64,000 bases of DNA from positions 1,257 through 65,256 of the forward strand of contig JAGVAO010000067.1 of the NCBI GenBank assembly GCA_020060235.1, read 5' to 3'. A program made the position numbers and the translations under genes. The notes beneath the pieces were generated by a model, which did no database searches, was not told the DNA's origin, and saw nothing but the letters and a program-made list of their open reading frames with translations. Shown here piece after piece: positions 18,807 through 28,059 of this stretch (within the stretch, counting starts at the first letter, position 1; every line of letters starts with the position of its first letter). This DNA is from Anaerolineales bacterium (lineage in GTDB: Bacteria > Chloroflexota > Anaerolineae > Anaerolineales > Villigracilaceae).

Positions 18807-18884
18807 TGCGTATGGTCAGCCTGCCGCCTCGGTAACGATTACTTGACTTTCATAGGGTGGAAAACAGTTATTGGAATTTTATTC

Positions 18885-18913
18885 TTGACAAACCGATTTC
18901 TTATGGCGACAAT
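18885..18913 (+). promoter_or_regulatory. candidate promoter for the GH18 gene, giving a near-leaderless mRNA
   Basis: TTGACA (18885-18890), a 17-nt spacer, then GACAAT (18908-18913). The ATG at 18920 lies only 6 nt downstream. Confidence 0.35.
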
Positions 18914-18919
18914 GAAGCC

Positions 18920-20044
18920 ATGAATTTGACGAGCAAACGAAATATTATTCTGTCATGCGTATTTCTGACAAGTTCTTTCTTGGGAGCCTGTCAGTCAGCA
19001 GCGCTGTTTCTACCACCTACGCCTGAGCCAACCTTAACACAAATTCCAAGCGTAACCGCTAAACCACTTTCAACCATGACTGCTACACCACAGCCTACAA
19101 TAACAAATACTTCCACTGTAACAGCTACTGCTACTGTTGGAAAACAAGGCTGGTGCTCTCCGGGTTCAGATTTCCCTGAAAATTACCTGATTATCGGATA
19201 TTTGCCGGAATATCGAAAATTGGAGCCCACCTGGGGGAATTGTCTGACAGACGTCATATTTTTTTCACTCCAGCCGCTTCCTGATGGCAAACTTGACACC
19301 AGCCGCCTGAAACCCGATGTCTTAAAATCACTTCTGGACGTCAAAGAACATTATGGAATACGTATTCATATCTCGTTGGGCGGCTATAAACGTTCAGATA
19401 ATTTTGCTCCAATGGCAACGGATGCCAAAGCACGCCGGGCATTTGTTAAGAATCTGACCGATTTCTGTGTGGAAAATAATATTGATGGCGTTGATTTTGA
19501 TTGGGAATTTCCCTCCGATGTGGCTGAATCTAGCAGTTATATTGCATTACTCAAGGAGACACGCGCAGCCTTCAATCCGTATGGAAAGTTAGTGAGCGTG
19601 GCACTTTATCCGTTCCCAGATTTAAATGTTGAGCCGTATAACGTAGCAGACCGTATCCATATTATGTCTTATGATAGGGGTGCGCGTCATTCCACCCTGG
19701 AGCAGGCAATCAACGACGTCGAATTTTTTGTTTCGGCAGGTATTCCCAAAGATAAAATCTTTTTGGGTGTGCCGTTTTATGGCAGAACAATGAGCGGGCC
19801 GAGCAATTCTTTTGCCTATTTCGAAATTGTGGAGAATTACTATCCACTGCCTGAAACAAATGAAGTGAACAACATCTTTTTTAATGGTCGCAACCTGATA
19901 CGGCAAAAAGCTTGTTATGCCAGGGATGCGGGTATTGGTGGTGTGATGATATGGGAACTGGGCCAGGATAGTTTGAGTGGTTTTTCCTTGTTGCGCGCGC
20001 TTTACAATGGCGCGCGAGATGGGTGTGAAAATTTGTTTCCATGA
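18920..20044 (+). CDS. glycoside hydrolase family 18 (chitinase-like) lipoprotein
   Basis: GH18 catalytic motif DGVDFDWEFP and signal/lipobox MNLTSKRNIILSCVFLTSSFLGAC. The ORF track starts at an upstream GTG (18857). The region is AT-richer than its neighbours. Confidence 0.8.
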   Translation: MNLTSKRNIILSCVFLTSSFLGACQSAALFLPPTPEPTLTQIPSVTAKPLSTMTATPQPTITNTSTVTATATVGKQGWCSPGSDFPENYLIIGYLPEYRKLEPTWGNCLTDVIFFSLQPLPDGKLDTSRLKPDVLKSLLDVKEHYGIRIHISLGGYKRSDNFAPMATDAKARRAFVKNLTDFCVENNIDGVDFDWEFPSDVAESSSYIALLKETRAAFNPYGKLVSVALYPFPDLNVEPYNVADRIHIMSYDRGARHSTLEQAINDVEFFVSAGIPKDKIFLGVPFYGRTMSGPSNSFAYFEIVENYYPLPETNEVNNIFFNGRNLIRQKACYARDAGIGGVMIWELGQDSLSGFSLLRALYNGARDGCENLFP

Positions 20045-20047
20045 ATA

Positions 20048-20088
20048 CACAATGGAACTTTGGCCCCATTGTGCCAGCTTGATTTTTT
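20048..20088 (+). terminator. weak terminator candidate after the GH18 gene
   Basis: 'cacaatgg'/'ccattgtg' form an 8-bp stem with a 10-nt loop. The T6 run begins 9 nt after the stem. Confidence 0.3.
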
Positions 20089-20263
20089 GTTGATAGCTGG
20101 TATTTGAATCAAATCCTGGTTGCTCAAGAATCTGGTAGTACCCCATGCGCATTGACGAGCAACTGACAGTCACCGTATGCATCCTCGAAACCGAATTCAG
20201 CGAAGGCGCGTCCCAAAAAACGGATGAAATCTTCCCCGGCCCCGACGGCGAAGCCCCCGAAGC

Positions 20264-21046
20264 CTATGCCTGGTAAACCGCCTCGGCCTGCTTGAGCAAG
20301 AAGCCCTGCAATTCGGGTATCCCCTCGGCCAGGCGCGCCGCCGCCACAATCGGCAGGAAGGCGCGGTAAGTGGTCTGGTCGCCGCCAGTGGCAAAATAGG
20401 CCCGCAGGTAGTGGTCATGGAACCAGTTCACCAGCCAGCGCACCGGCGGAATCGGCACCGTCGCCGCCATTCCTTTTAGCAGGATGGTCGTCCGTGCCAC
20501 ATCCGCCAGCGGGTGGCCGAGCGAAACGTCAACCCAGTCAATCGCCAGGTCTTCCCCGGCGTTCGACAAAATATTTTCCGGATGAAAATCGCCATGACAC
20601 AGGCGGCTTTCATCCGGAATTTTTGCGTAAGCCTCCAGCAGGCGCGTTTTCAGTGCGGCAGGCAGGATGTCTGACGCCTCGATGCGCCGGGTATATTTCT
20701 CGCGCTGGTTGGGCAGGTCGGCCTCGATGCTGGGCTGGTGCATTTGCAGGTGCAAGGCCGCCATGCGTTTTGCCAGGGATGGGCTGCGCCAGGGGCCTTT
20801 AAAGACCAGTTGGGACATCGGGACGCCCTGAATGCGCTCATAGACCAGGCCGGGACGCCCCTCGAATTCGACCTGCTCATAAAAACGAGGGCAGGGTACC
20901 CCCGATTCTTGTGCCACCGTCGCGACCTTTGCCTCGTAAGCGGCGAATTCGGCGCTGAAGTCGGGAAAATACACCTTGACGACTTTATCCGTTTCCCAGG
21001 CATACACTTCGGCGGTGCGCCCGCGGGCTATCAACTGCCCGGCCAT
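20264..21046 (-). CDS. phosphotransferase-family (APH/choline-kinase-like) protein kinase-fold enzyme
   Basis: Contains CHGDFHPENIL and DWVDVSLG motifs. I chose the start ATG at 21046 (MAGQLIARGRTAEVY...), which abuts the upstream stop. The longer track ORF would overlap the DUF1330 gene. Confidence 0.75.
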   Translation of the reverse strand: MAGQLIARGRTAEVYAWETDKVVKVYFPDFSAEFAAYEAKVATVAQESGVPCPRFYEQVEFEGRPGLVYERIQGVPMSQLVFKGPWRSPSLAKRMAALHLQMHQPSIEADLPNQREKYTRRIEASDILPAALKTRLLEAYAKIPDESRLCHGDFHPENILSNAGEDLAIDWVDVSLGHPLADVARTTILLKGMAATVPIPPVRWLVNWFHDHYLRAYFATGGDQTTYRAFLPIVAAARLAEGIPELQGFLLKQAEAVYQA

Positions 21047-21048
21047 AT

Positions 21049-21336
21049 TCAGGCTCCTTCGATGACAACGGTCTGGCTTTTGGCGTACTTGTGCCGCATG
21101 GCCAGCGCCGGGGCGTACTCTGGTGAGTTGAGCCAGGCTTTGGCCTGCTCGACAGAAGAAAATTCGAGCACAACCAGCCGGGATGGCGACCAATCGCCTT
21201 CGAGGGTTTCGACCTTGCCGCCGCGCGCAACATAGCGGCCTCCATACAGGGCGACGGCGGCCGGGGCCAGTTTTTTATATTCTTCATAGCCCGCCGGGTC
21301 GGCGACTTCGATATCAAGAATAACGTATGCTGTCAT
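21049..21336 (-). CDS. DUF1330 domain protein
   Basis: 95 aa reading MTAYVILDIEVADPAGYEEYKKLAP...LVVLEFSSVEQAKAWLNSPEY, typical of DUF1330. Confidence 0.75.
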   Translation of the reverse strand: MTAYVILDIEVADPAGYEEYKKLAPAAVALYGGRYVARGGKVETLEGDWSPSRLVVLEFSSVEQAKAWLNSPEYAPALAMRHKYAKSQTVVIEGA

Positions 21337-21389
21337 TTATAAGGCTCCTTATTTGGGGTGTCTCTTTTGGCGGTTATGTAGTTTCTGCC

Positions 21390-21480
21390 TGTCATTTCGA
21401 ACCGCGTAGCGGTGAGAAATCTTTGGCACTGGGAAAGATTCTGCCATGCGGGTACGATGCCACAATCGCTGGAAATGACA
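21390..21480 (+). repeat. 91-nt element bounded by 9-bp inverted repeats, with internal hairpins (MITE-like)
   Basis: 'tgtcatttc' (21390-21398) pairs with 'gaaatgaca' (21472-21480). Inside is an interrupted hairpin atttc-ga-accgc-gta-gcggt-ga-gaaat. Confidence 0.35.
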
Positions 21481-21526
21481 AGTATTGAGTATAGAAAATA
21501 ATTGTAGTCGTAAAATTACGAAGAAC

Positions 21527-21832
21527 TTAATTGACATTTTCTAATATTTCAATGAAAACTCTTGTCAGTATAACCGGGCCTAATATTCCAACAAGCATTT
21601 TTATTAAAGGGTCTGGGATAAATTCTGCCACAAATAGCCCATAAAATATGATTAGCATTCCCCATGCTTGCAAAAAGACGGTGGCGACAGGTGTAACTTG
21701 CTGAAAATTTAGAAGCAGCAGGGACGCCCATCGGGGCCGTTTCATTGTCTCTTCGCCTCGAGCAAAGAAATTGGTTACCGTTCCGAGTAACCAAAAAAAA
21801 ATTCCAATACCAAAAAATACTTGATTCGGCAT
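21527..21832 (-). CDS. small hydrophobic membrane protein, unknown function
   Basis: 101-aa ORF with 3 predicted TM helices. It is very AT-rich compared with the rest of the window. No family was recognised. Confidence 0.45.
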   Translation of the reverse strand: MPNQVFFGIGIFFWLLGTVTNFFARGEETMKRPRWASLLLLNFQQVTPVATVFLQAWGMLIIFYGLFVAEFIPDPLIKMLVGILGPVILTRVFIEILENVN

Positions 21833-21847
21833 CTTTGTCTCAAAAAA

Positions 21848-22468
21848 CTAAAACAAAAACGGGATAAACAATTTCGACTTGCGCCTGTACTCTTCAAAAC
21901 CCGGATAGCGCGAAAGTGATTTGTCTTTTTTGTACATATTCGGGAACCAGATAACGACCAGGTAGAGCGCAATCACTGCCAGCGGAATCCAGTGCAAGGC
22001 CAGGATGCTGAAGCCGAGGTAGATGAGTAGTTCGCCGAAATAGTTGGTGTTGCGGGTGCGCGCCATGAGGCCGTCGTTAATCAACTGGCCGGGGTTGTAT
22101 TTGAGTTGCACATATTTTTGCATGTCGGCGGTGTAGTGCAGGAAAATGCCGAAGGTGTAGAGGCTGACCGAAAGCCCGAGCAGCCAGGCCGGGGCTTGCA
22201 CATTTTGGGAGGCGATAATGAAGGGCGCAATCCAGTACAGGCTCAACCCGGCCCAGATATACAGGCCGTAAAACAAGCCTTTGTCTTCTTCCCACTGTTT
22301 GTCGGGGAAAACCCGGCTTTTTAGCAGCCATAAAATTCCATACGTGCCGTGCAAGGCCAGGTAAACCCAGGCGGTCGGGTTATCCCATTGCTTGAACCAT
22401 GCCATCAGGCCGAGAATGACCAAAAAGGTCACGGCTTTGTGACTGTCGATAAAGTATTTCTGTTTCAT
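21848..22468 (-). CDS. DUF1295 / ICMT / steroid-5-alpha-reductase-like membrane protein
   Basis: Multi-TM protein with the C-terminal signature RTRNTNYFGELLIYLGF...YRRKSKLFIP. Confidence 0.65.
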   Translation of the reverse strand: MKQKYFIDSHKAVTFLVILGLMAWFKQWDNPTAWVYLALHGTYGILWLLKSRVFPDKQWEEDKGLFYGLYIWAGLSLYWIAPFIIASQNVQAPAWLLGLSVSLYTFGIFLHYTADMQKYVQLKYNPGQLINDGLMARTRNTNYFGELLIYLGFSILALHWIPLAVIALYLVVIWFPNMYKKDKSLSRYPGFEEYRRKSKLFIPFLF

Positions 22469-22480
22469 GGATGAGTTCCT

Positions 22481-24199
22481 TCACACCAATTGTACTCTCA
22501 CCCAGCCGCGGACGGCGTTAACCAGCCAGAGTTGCGTACAGCGCGACAGGTCGTCGAGGGTTAGTATCCGTTCCCGGATTTGTCCGCTTGCGAGCAGTTC
22601 GGCGCGCATCGTGCCGGGTAAAAGCCCGCAGTCGAGGGGCGGGGTGAGGCGTTCGCTGTCCAGTTCGGCGACCAGGTTGCCGATGGTGAATTCGGTTAGT
22701 TCACCGCGCTGGTTGTAGAGCAAGGTTTCGTCTGCTCCGGGGGCGGGAGGCGGATACATCTCGCGGCGGGTGGTTTTGTGGAAGAGGAAAACCTCGTCGG
22801 TGTGGACTGGCGCGGGTGCGAGTGACGCTTTCAGGCCAGTAGCGGGGGCTTGGGGTAATGGCATGGCCTGATGGTCAAGAGTCCCGGCGCGGGTGAGGAC
22901 GAGCCGCACGCGCATCGGTTCGGTAAACGATTTGGCCAGATGGTCAAGATAAGCCTCGAGGGCGGAAACGTCCAGATGAAACCCAAAATAATGCGCCGAA
23001 TCGACCAGCCGCCGGAAGTGGCGCTCGCGCAGGAAGAAGCCTTCGGAGGGCGTCCAGCGCATTGTTGTGAACAGGTCAAAGGACGGGGTGGGGCGGGTCA
23101 GGATTTGGGCTTTGAGCAGGGCTTCGTCGTATTCGCCGCTGGCGGTCGAATCCCAGACGATGCCGCCGCCCGCGCCGTATTCCGCGCTCTGGGTTTGGCG
23201 GTCGACCAGCAGGGTGCGGATAGCCACATTGAATTGCGCCTGCCTGCCGGGGGCAATGAAGCCAATGCTCCCGGTGTAGATGCGGCGCGGGGTGTTTTCG
23301 AGGGCGTGAATGATTTTCATCGTGCTGACTTTGGGCGCGCCGGTGATGGAAGCGCACGGGAAGAGTGCGCGCAGGATTTCGTGGATGGGGGCGCGTGTGC
23401 GGGCGCGGACGGTGCTGGTCATTTGCCACAGGGTCGGGTAGCGTTCGGCACTGAACAGGGCCGGGACGTGGACGCTGCCGGTTTCGGCGATGCGGCCCAG
23501 GTCGTTGCGAATCATGTCGACAATCATGACGTTTTCGGCGCGGTTTTTGGGGTCGGCAGCCAGCCAGGCGGCCTGGGCGGCGTCTTCTTCGTTGGTGCGT
23601 CCACGTTTGACGGTGCCTTTCATCGGGCGGGCGGTGATGTCCTGTCCGTCGAGGCTGAAAAAGAGTTCGGGCGAAGCCGAGCAGAGGACGAAGCGGCCAA
23701 TATCGAGGTAGGCGGCGTGGGCGTTCTGGGTTTGGGCCAGGTTGAGGAAGAAATCCCAGGCGTCGTGCGGGAATTTGGCGCGCAGGCGCAGGGTGTAGTT
23801 GACCTGGTAGGTTTCTCCGCGGGCGATGTGCGCTTTGACGGCGGCGATGCCAGCGTTGTAGGCTTTGCGCGGGATGGAGGCTTTCCAGCGCATCGGCGGC
23901 GGCGCGGCGGATGGGGCGGGCAGTTTGACCGGCTGTGGCGGCGGGTACAGTCCGAACCACAGCAGCGGGAATCCGCTCCCGTCGGGGTGGACGCCCAGGG
24001 CCGGGTCGAAGGCCGGGGCCGATTCGTAGGACAAAAATCCGGCGGCGTGCCAGCCGTTGGCCTCGACCAGGGATTCGAGTTCCCACAACAGGGGCAGGAT
24101 TTGGTCGAGCCGGTCGGTTTGTAGGATGCGCCGGGGATTCTGGTAATACAGCCAGCCGTCGGCGCGACGCAGGAGGACTTCGTTGGCCTGGGGTCGCAT
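22481..24199 (-). CDS. pabB: aminodeoxychorismate synthase component I fused to aminodeoxychorismate lyase (PabB-PabC)
   Basis: Chorismate-binding motifs (RIYTGSIGFIAPG, GAGGGIVWDS) are followed by a class-IV aminotransferase-like C-terminal domain of about 190 aa. Confidence 0.8.
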   Translation of the reverse strand: MRPQANEVLLRRADGWLYYQNPRRILQTDRLDQILPLLWELESLVEANGWHAAGFLSYESAPAFDPALGVHPDGSGFPLLWFGLYPPPQPVKLPAPSAAPPPMRWKASIPRKAYNAGIAAVKAHIARGETYQVNYTLRLRAKFPHDAWDFFLNLAQTQNAHAAYLDIGRFVLCSASPELFFSLDGQDITARPMKGTVKRGRTNEEDAAQAAWLAADPKNRAENVMIVDMIRNDLGRIAETGSVHVPALFSAERYPTLWQMTSTVRARTRAPIHEILRALFPCASITGAPKVSTMKIIHALENTPRRIYTGSIGFIAPGRQAQFNVAIRTLLVDRQTQSAEYGAGGGIVWDSTASGEYDEALLKAQILTRPTPSFDLFTTMRWTPSEGFFLRERHFRRLVDSAHYFGFHLDVSALEAYLDHLAKSFTEPMRVRLVLTRAGTLDHQAMPLPQAPATGLKASLAPAPVHTDEVFLFHKTTRREMYPPPAPGADETLLYNQRGELTEFTIGNLVAELDSERLTPPLDCGLLPGTMRAELLASGQIRERILTLDDLSRCTQLWLVNAVRGWVRVQLV

Positions 24200-24238
24200 G
24201 AGGTGGTTTTACCACAAAAATGGCTTAAAAGCGCTGGA

Positions 24239-24302
24239 CACGAATTGCACGAATTTTACGAAAAGGTCAAAGACAATTCGTATCAATTCGTGAAATTCGT
24301 GT
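24239..24302 (+). repeat. imperfect inverted array of ACGAAT(T) units in a divergent intergenic region
   Basis: 'cacgaattgcacgaattttacgaa' - 14 nt - 'ttcgtatcaattcgtgaaattcgtg'. The units recur with a 9-nt period. Confidence 0.5.
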
Positions 24303-24324
24303 TAGAAGTTCTTCGTCACATCTT

Positions 24325-24744
24325 ATGGAAGGTGTGTCGGTTAAAATAGCCGTCATGCAAACATTTCTGAAAAAACTCCCTCGCTGGCTGCCGGCTGTCC
24401 TGCTGATGGCCGCCATTTTTGTCTTTTCCTCCATTCCGTCCAGTGAAATGCCGCGCTTTGGCGTGTTCGATTTGTCGGTTAAAAAGGGCGGGCATATGCT
24501 CGGCTATGCCCTGCTGGCGCTGGCTTTCCTGCACTGGCGCAGGCCGCTCTGGGAGGCGGGAGCCGCGCCGCTGAAAACCCTGGCCCTGGCCTGGGTTCTG
24601 GCTGTCGTGTACGCGGCCACCGATGAGTTCCATCAATCCTTTGTGCCGGGACGCGGGCCAAGCCCCTTCGATGTGCTGATTGACGCAATCGGGGCCGGGC
24701 TGGGGCTGGCGGGCTTTTCTTTGCGAAAATATTTGTCAAAGTAA
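24325..24744 (+). CDS. VanZ family membrane protein
   Basis: AIFVFSSIP...GHMLGYALLA...DEFHQSFVPGRGPSPFDVLIDAIGAGLG is the VanZ-like signature. The start could instead be 24355. Confidence 0.7.
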   Translation: MEGVSVKIAVMQTFLKKLPRWLPAVLLMAAIFVFSSIPSSEMPRFGVFDLSVKKGGHMLGYALLALAFLHWRRPLWEAGAAPLKTLALAWVLAVVYAATDEFHQSFVPGRGPSPFDVLIDAIGAGLGLAGFSLRKYLSK

Positions 24745-24795
24745 TCTGCTTTTCCTCGGCTATAATGTGAAGAACAACGCAAAAGGGATAATTGA

Positions 24796-26580
24796 ATGTC
24801 TTTCACTGCCGGGCAAATGATAGGCCCTTACCGCATCATTGAGCAACTTGGGCAGGGCGGCATGGCGACGGTCTTTAAGGCCTATCATGCTTCTCTTGAC
24901 CGTTATGTTGCCATCAAAGTCTTGCACCAGGCTTTCCTGGAAGATAAAACCTTCCTGGCCCGTTTCCAGCGCGAGGCTCGCCTGGTTGCCCGCCTGGAAC
25001 ACCCGAACATTGTTCCGATTTATGATTATGCCGAGCATTCAGGCCAGCCTTACCTGGTGATGAAATACATCGAGGGGGATACGCTCAAGGCGCGCCTGCA
25101 CGCCGGGCTGCTGGGGCGGGAAGAAGTCAGCGAGATTATCGAACGGGTTGGGGCCGGGCTGGCGTATGCCCACAAGCAGGGAATCTTGCACCGTGACATC
25201 AAGCCCAGCAACGTCATCCTGGCGAACGACGGCGGGATTTACCTGGCCGACTTCGGGCTGGCGCGGATTGCCCAATCTGGCGATTCGACCCTGACCTCCG
25301 ACATGATTCTCGGTACGCCGCAATATATTTCACCGGAACAGGCGCTTGGCAAATCCGACCTCGACCAGGGCACCGATATTTATTCCTTTGGCGTCATGGT
25401 CTATGAAATGACCACCGGGCGCGTACCGTTTAGCGCCGATACGCCGTTTTCGGTTATTCACGATCATATTTATTCTCCTTTGCCGCTGCCTACCCAGGTA
25501 AACCCCAACCTTTCGATGGATATCGAGCGGGTTTTGCTCAAATCCCTGGCCAAAGACCGAGCGGACCGTTATTCCGATGTTTCGATTTTTGTCGGCGAGT
25601 TCCTGGCAGCCTGGCAGAATGAAGTCAAGCCGAATGCGCTTACCCAAACAAGGGCGGCTGCTCCTGCCGAGTTTGCCAGGGCGGCCGGGACATCTGCGAC
25701 TCACTTGCCTGAGGCGAATCAAATTGTGATGGAGGTTGTCCAGCAGAATGACAAGACTGCTCATCCCGGGCCAGCAAAACGCCGCAGGTGGTGGCCATGG
25801 ATTTTAGTGGGAAGCCTTGTTTTTCTTTGTCTGTGTTGCTTGCTGATAGGTATTTTGAATGATGAAGAAATCAAAGCCGGGAGGCAAGAAACCCCATCCG
25901 AGCCTGTTGCAACGCCCCTGGTTCAGCAAGAAGAATTGGAACAGGCGGAAGCTGTTCCGCTAAGTGCCCTGCCGGTTGAACAGGCTTCCCAGGCCGTGGA
26001 AGCTGATCCGGAATCCCCGATTGCGCATGTCGAACTGGGCCTTGCGCTGATAGGTTCAGGCAATGAGATCGAGGGCTATGCAGAAATTCGTTTGGGCGCT
26101 GAGTTGTCCCGTTCAGATCCCTCATTGTTGTTAGGGCTGGCAAAGGCGCTTGAAAAGCGCGAGCACTGGCCTGGCGCGTTGACCATGTATCTGCGCTTGC
26201 ATGAAGTTCGCCCCCGGTTACCCCAGTTGATTGAGAATTTACGCAGGGCGGCCTATTATTCGGCTTCGCACCCGCTGGCTCCAGAAATCATTGAACTGGA
26301 ATCTGTTGGCAATGTTGACCAACCGGCATTGCTGATGGCCCAGGCGCGTTATGTTATCCTGCATCGGCAAGATTTTGAAGAGGCGCGCCGGCTTTTGGCT
26401 GAAATCCGCCTGCCGGTTCGGAATTTCCCTGAGCGGGCTCTTGTAGAGGCAGAAGGGTTATATCTTGCCGGGCAACACGAAGAAGCATTGCAGGCCTTAA
26501 ACACCATCCTTGAACAGGATGAGGCTCCATCCTGGGTGCGTGACCAGGCGGAGCGGTTGCTTAAAGAATTCAGCCAATAA
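24796..26580 (+). CDS. Ser/Thr protein kinase with a TM segment and a TPR-like C-terminal domain
   Basis: Hanks kinase motifs GQGGMATVFKA, HRDIKPSNVIL, DFGLAR and GTPQYISPE. Followed by the TM segment WWPWILVGSLVFLCLCCLLIGIL. Confidence 0.9.
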   Translation: MSFTAGQMIGPYRIIEQLGQGGMATVFKAYHASLDRYVAIKVLHQAFLEDKTFLARFQREARLVARLEHPNIVPIYDYAEHSGQPYLVMKYIEGDTLKARLHAGLLGREEVSEIIERVGAGLAYAHKQGILHRDIKPSNVILANDGGIYLADFGLARIAQSGDSTLTSDMILGTPQYISPEQALGKSDLDQGTDIYSFGVMVYEMTTGRVPFSADTPFSVIHDHIYSPLPLPTQVNPNLSMDIERVLLKSLAKDRADRYSDVSIFVGEFLAAWQNEVKPNALTQTRAAAPAEFARAAGTSATHLPEANQIVMEVVQQNDKTAHPGPAKRRRWWPWILVGSLVFLCLCCLLIGILNDEEIKAGRQETPSEPVATPLVQQEELEQAEAVPLSALPVEQASQAVEADPESPIAHVELGLALIGSGNEIEGYAEIRLGAELSRSDPSLLLGLAKALEKREHWPGALTMYLRLHEVRPRLPQLIENLRRAAYYSASHPLAPEIIELESVGNVDQPALLMAQARYVILHRQDFEEARRLLAEIRLPVRNFPERALVEAEGLYLAGQHEEALQALNTILEQDEAPSWVRDQAERLLKEFSQ

Positions 26581-26612
26581 ACGAAAGACTGCCTTTCGGG
26601 GCAGTCTTTCGT
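26581..26612 (+). terminator. bidirectional hairpin terminator
   Basis: Perfect 13-bp stem 'acgaaagactgcc'-tttcgg-'ggcagtctttcgt' between the convergent genes ending at 26580 (+) and 26655 (-). Confidence 0.7.
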
Positions 26613-26654
26613 TTATTGGTCGGTTGGTACTTTGACGCAAAGATGCGCGACGGA

Positions 26655-26951
26655 TTATTCGGGCTTGAGCAAATCCTGGTATTCCGGCTTTTTCTGGATG
26701 TATCCCGCCACAAACGAGCACAGCGGGACGACGCTCAAGCCCTCGGCGCGGGCGTAATCCAGCCCGGCGCGGGCCAGTTGCCCGCCCAGGCCGCGGCCTC
26801 CCAACTCAGACGGGACACCGGTATGGGTAAAGGAAATCGTCGTATCGTCCAGCCGGTATTCGAGCACAGCCAGGTGCGAGTCGATTTCGAGTTCAAAACG
26901 ATTTTTGGCAGGGTTATGCTTTATCTCAATGGGTTCGGGGGATGTTGTCAT
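26655..26951 (-). CDS. small GNAT-family N-acetyltransferase (YjdJ-like)
   Basis: 98 aa reading ...NRFELEIDSHLAVLEYRLDDTTISFTHTGVPSELGGRGLGGQLARAGLDYARAEGLSVVPLCSF. Confidence 0.7.
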   Translation of the reverse strand: MTTSPEPIEIKHNPAKNRFELEIDSHLAVLEYRLDDTTISFTHTGVPSELGGRGLGGQLARAGLDYARAEGLSVVPLCSFVAGYIQKKPEYQDLLKPE

Positions 26952-27108
26952 GGTCTGCTCCTTTCAGGCACATTCTATCAGACCCGGCTCTCATTCCCTC
27001 TCTATTTTGCCGCCATGCCCCGATGGTCACATTTTTTGTTTTCGGGGGTCTGTAAAAGCATAATTTGCTGGCGGGGCGTGTATAATTAAACCGCTTTTGG
27101 AGGAGATT

Positions 27109-27954
27109 ATGACCGCGTCCATGCAAAACAAGACCGTTGTGGTCACCGGCGCAACGGCCGGGATTGGCCTGGTCACTGCCCGCGAACTGGCGCGCAGGGG
27201 AGCGCACCTGACCATCATCAGCCGCTCGGCGGAAAAATGCGCGCGTGTGGCCGAAGAAATCAAGGCCGACACCGGCAACCTCCAGGTCGAATACATCGCC
27301 GCCGACTTGTCCGTCAAGGAAGAAGTCCATCGTGCGGCCTATGATTTCAAAAAACGCCATCCGCGCCTCGATGTGCTGGTCAACAACGCAGGCGGGGTGT
27401 TCATGTCGCGCCTGCTTTCAAAAGACGGTATCGAAATGACCTTTGCCCTCAACCACCTGGGCTATTTCCTCCTGACCCAGTTGTTGTTGGATGTCATCAA
27501 AACCAGCGCGCCGTCACGAATTGTCAACGTGGCCTGTGATTCTCACCGTGGGGCCAAAATTAATTTCGACGATATCCAATCCACAAAAAACTACTCCGGC
27601 TACGGGGCTTACAGCCGGTCGAAAATGTGCAACCTGCTTTTCACCTATGAACTTGCCCGGCGGCTGGAAGGGGCCGGCGTGACAGTCAACGCCCTGCACC
27701 CCGGCTTTGTCGCCAGCGATTTCGGCAAAAACAACGGCGCCCTGATGCGCGTCATCTTGAAGTTGTTATCCCCGGTAGCCAGGAGCACCAACGACGGCGC
27801 CTCCACCAGCATTTACCTGGCCACCTCGCGGGAAGTGGACGGCGTCAGCGGCAAATATTTCGTCGATACCCGCGAAATTGCCTCAGACCCGAACTCGTAC
27901 GACCAGGCCGCTGCCGAAAAGTTGTGGAACTTGAGCCTGGAAATGATTCTTTAA
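27109..27954 (+). CDS. SDR-family oxidoreductase (retinol-dehydrogenase-like)
   Basis: TGATAGIG cofactor motif, NNAG, and catalytic YSRSK. The ATG at 27109 has a GGAGGAG RBS. The track ORF starts at an upstream TTG (27097). Confidence 0.85.
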   Translation: MTASMQNKTVVVTGATAGIGLVTARELARRGAHLTIISRSAEKCARVAEEIKADTGNLQVEYIAADLSVKEEVHRAAYDFKKRHPRLDVLVNNAGGVFMSRLLSKDGIEMTFALNHLGYFLLTQLLLDVIKTSAPSRIVNVACDSHRGAKINFDDIQSTKNYSGYGAYSRSKMCNLLFTYELARRLEGAGVTVNALHPGFVASDFGKNNGALMRVILKLLSPVARSTNDGASTSIYLATSREVDGVSGKYFVDTREIASDPNSYDQAAAEKLWNLSLEMIL

Positions 27955-27974
27955 AATTGATTTCCGACATCCGG

Positions 27975-28013
27975 GGCCCTAAAGGATTAACAAACCTTTA
28001 GGGCCTGTTTTTG
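27975..28013 (+). terminator. rho-independent terminator
   Basis: Perfect 11-bp stem 'ggccctaaagg'...'cctttagggcc' followed by TGTTTTTG. Confidence 0.75.
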
Positions 28014-28059
28014 TCATTTTGTGGTAAATTAGATGCTTGTCTAACACATTGGAAACCTT

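Noticed and set aside
20145-20276. 43-codon plus-strand ORF (MRIDEQLTVTVCILETEFSEGASQKTDEIFPGPDGEAPEAYAW) in the GH18/APH spacer
   Set aside because: It has no RBS and no recognisable family. It overlaps the 3' end of the convergent APH-like gene. It may be a gene remnant, but the evidence is insufficient to call a CDS or pseudogene.
22871-24215. ORFs 22871..24124 (+) and 23076..24215 (-, alternative frame) overlapping the pabB-pabC gene
   Set aside because: Only the 22481..24199 frame gives chorismate-binding and class-IV aminotransferase motifs. The others are Arg/Pro/Gly-rich artefacts.
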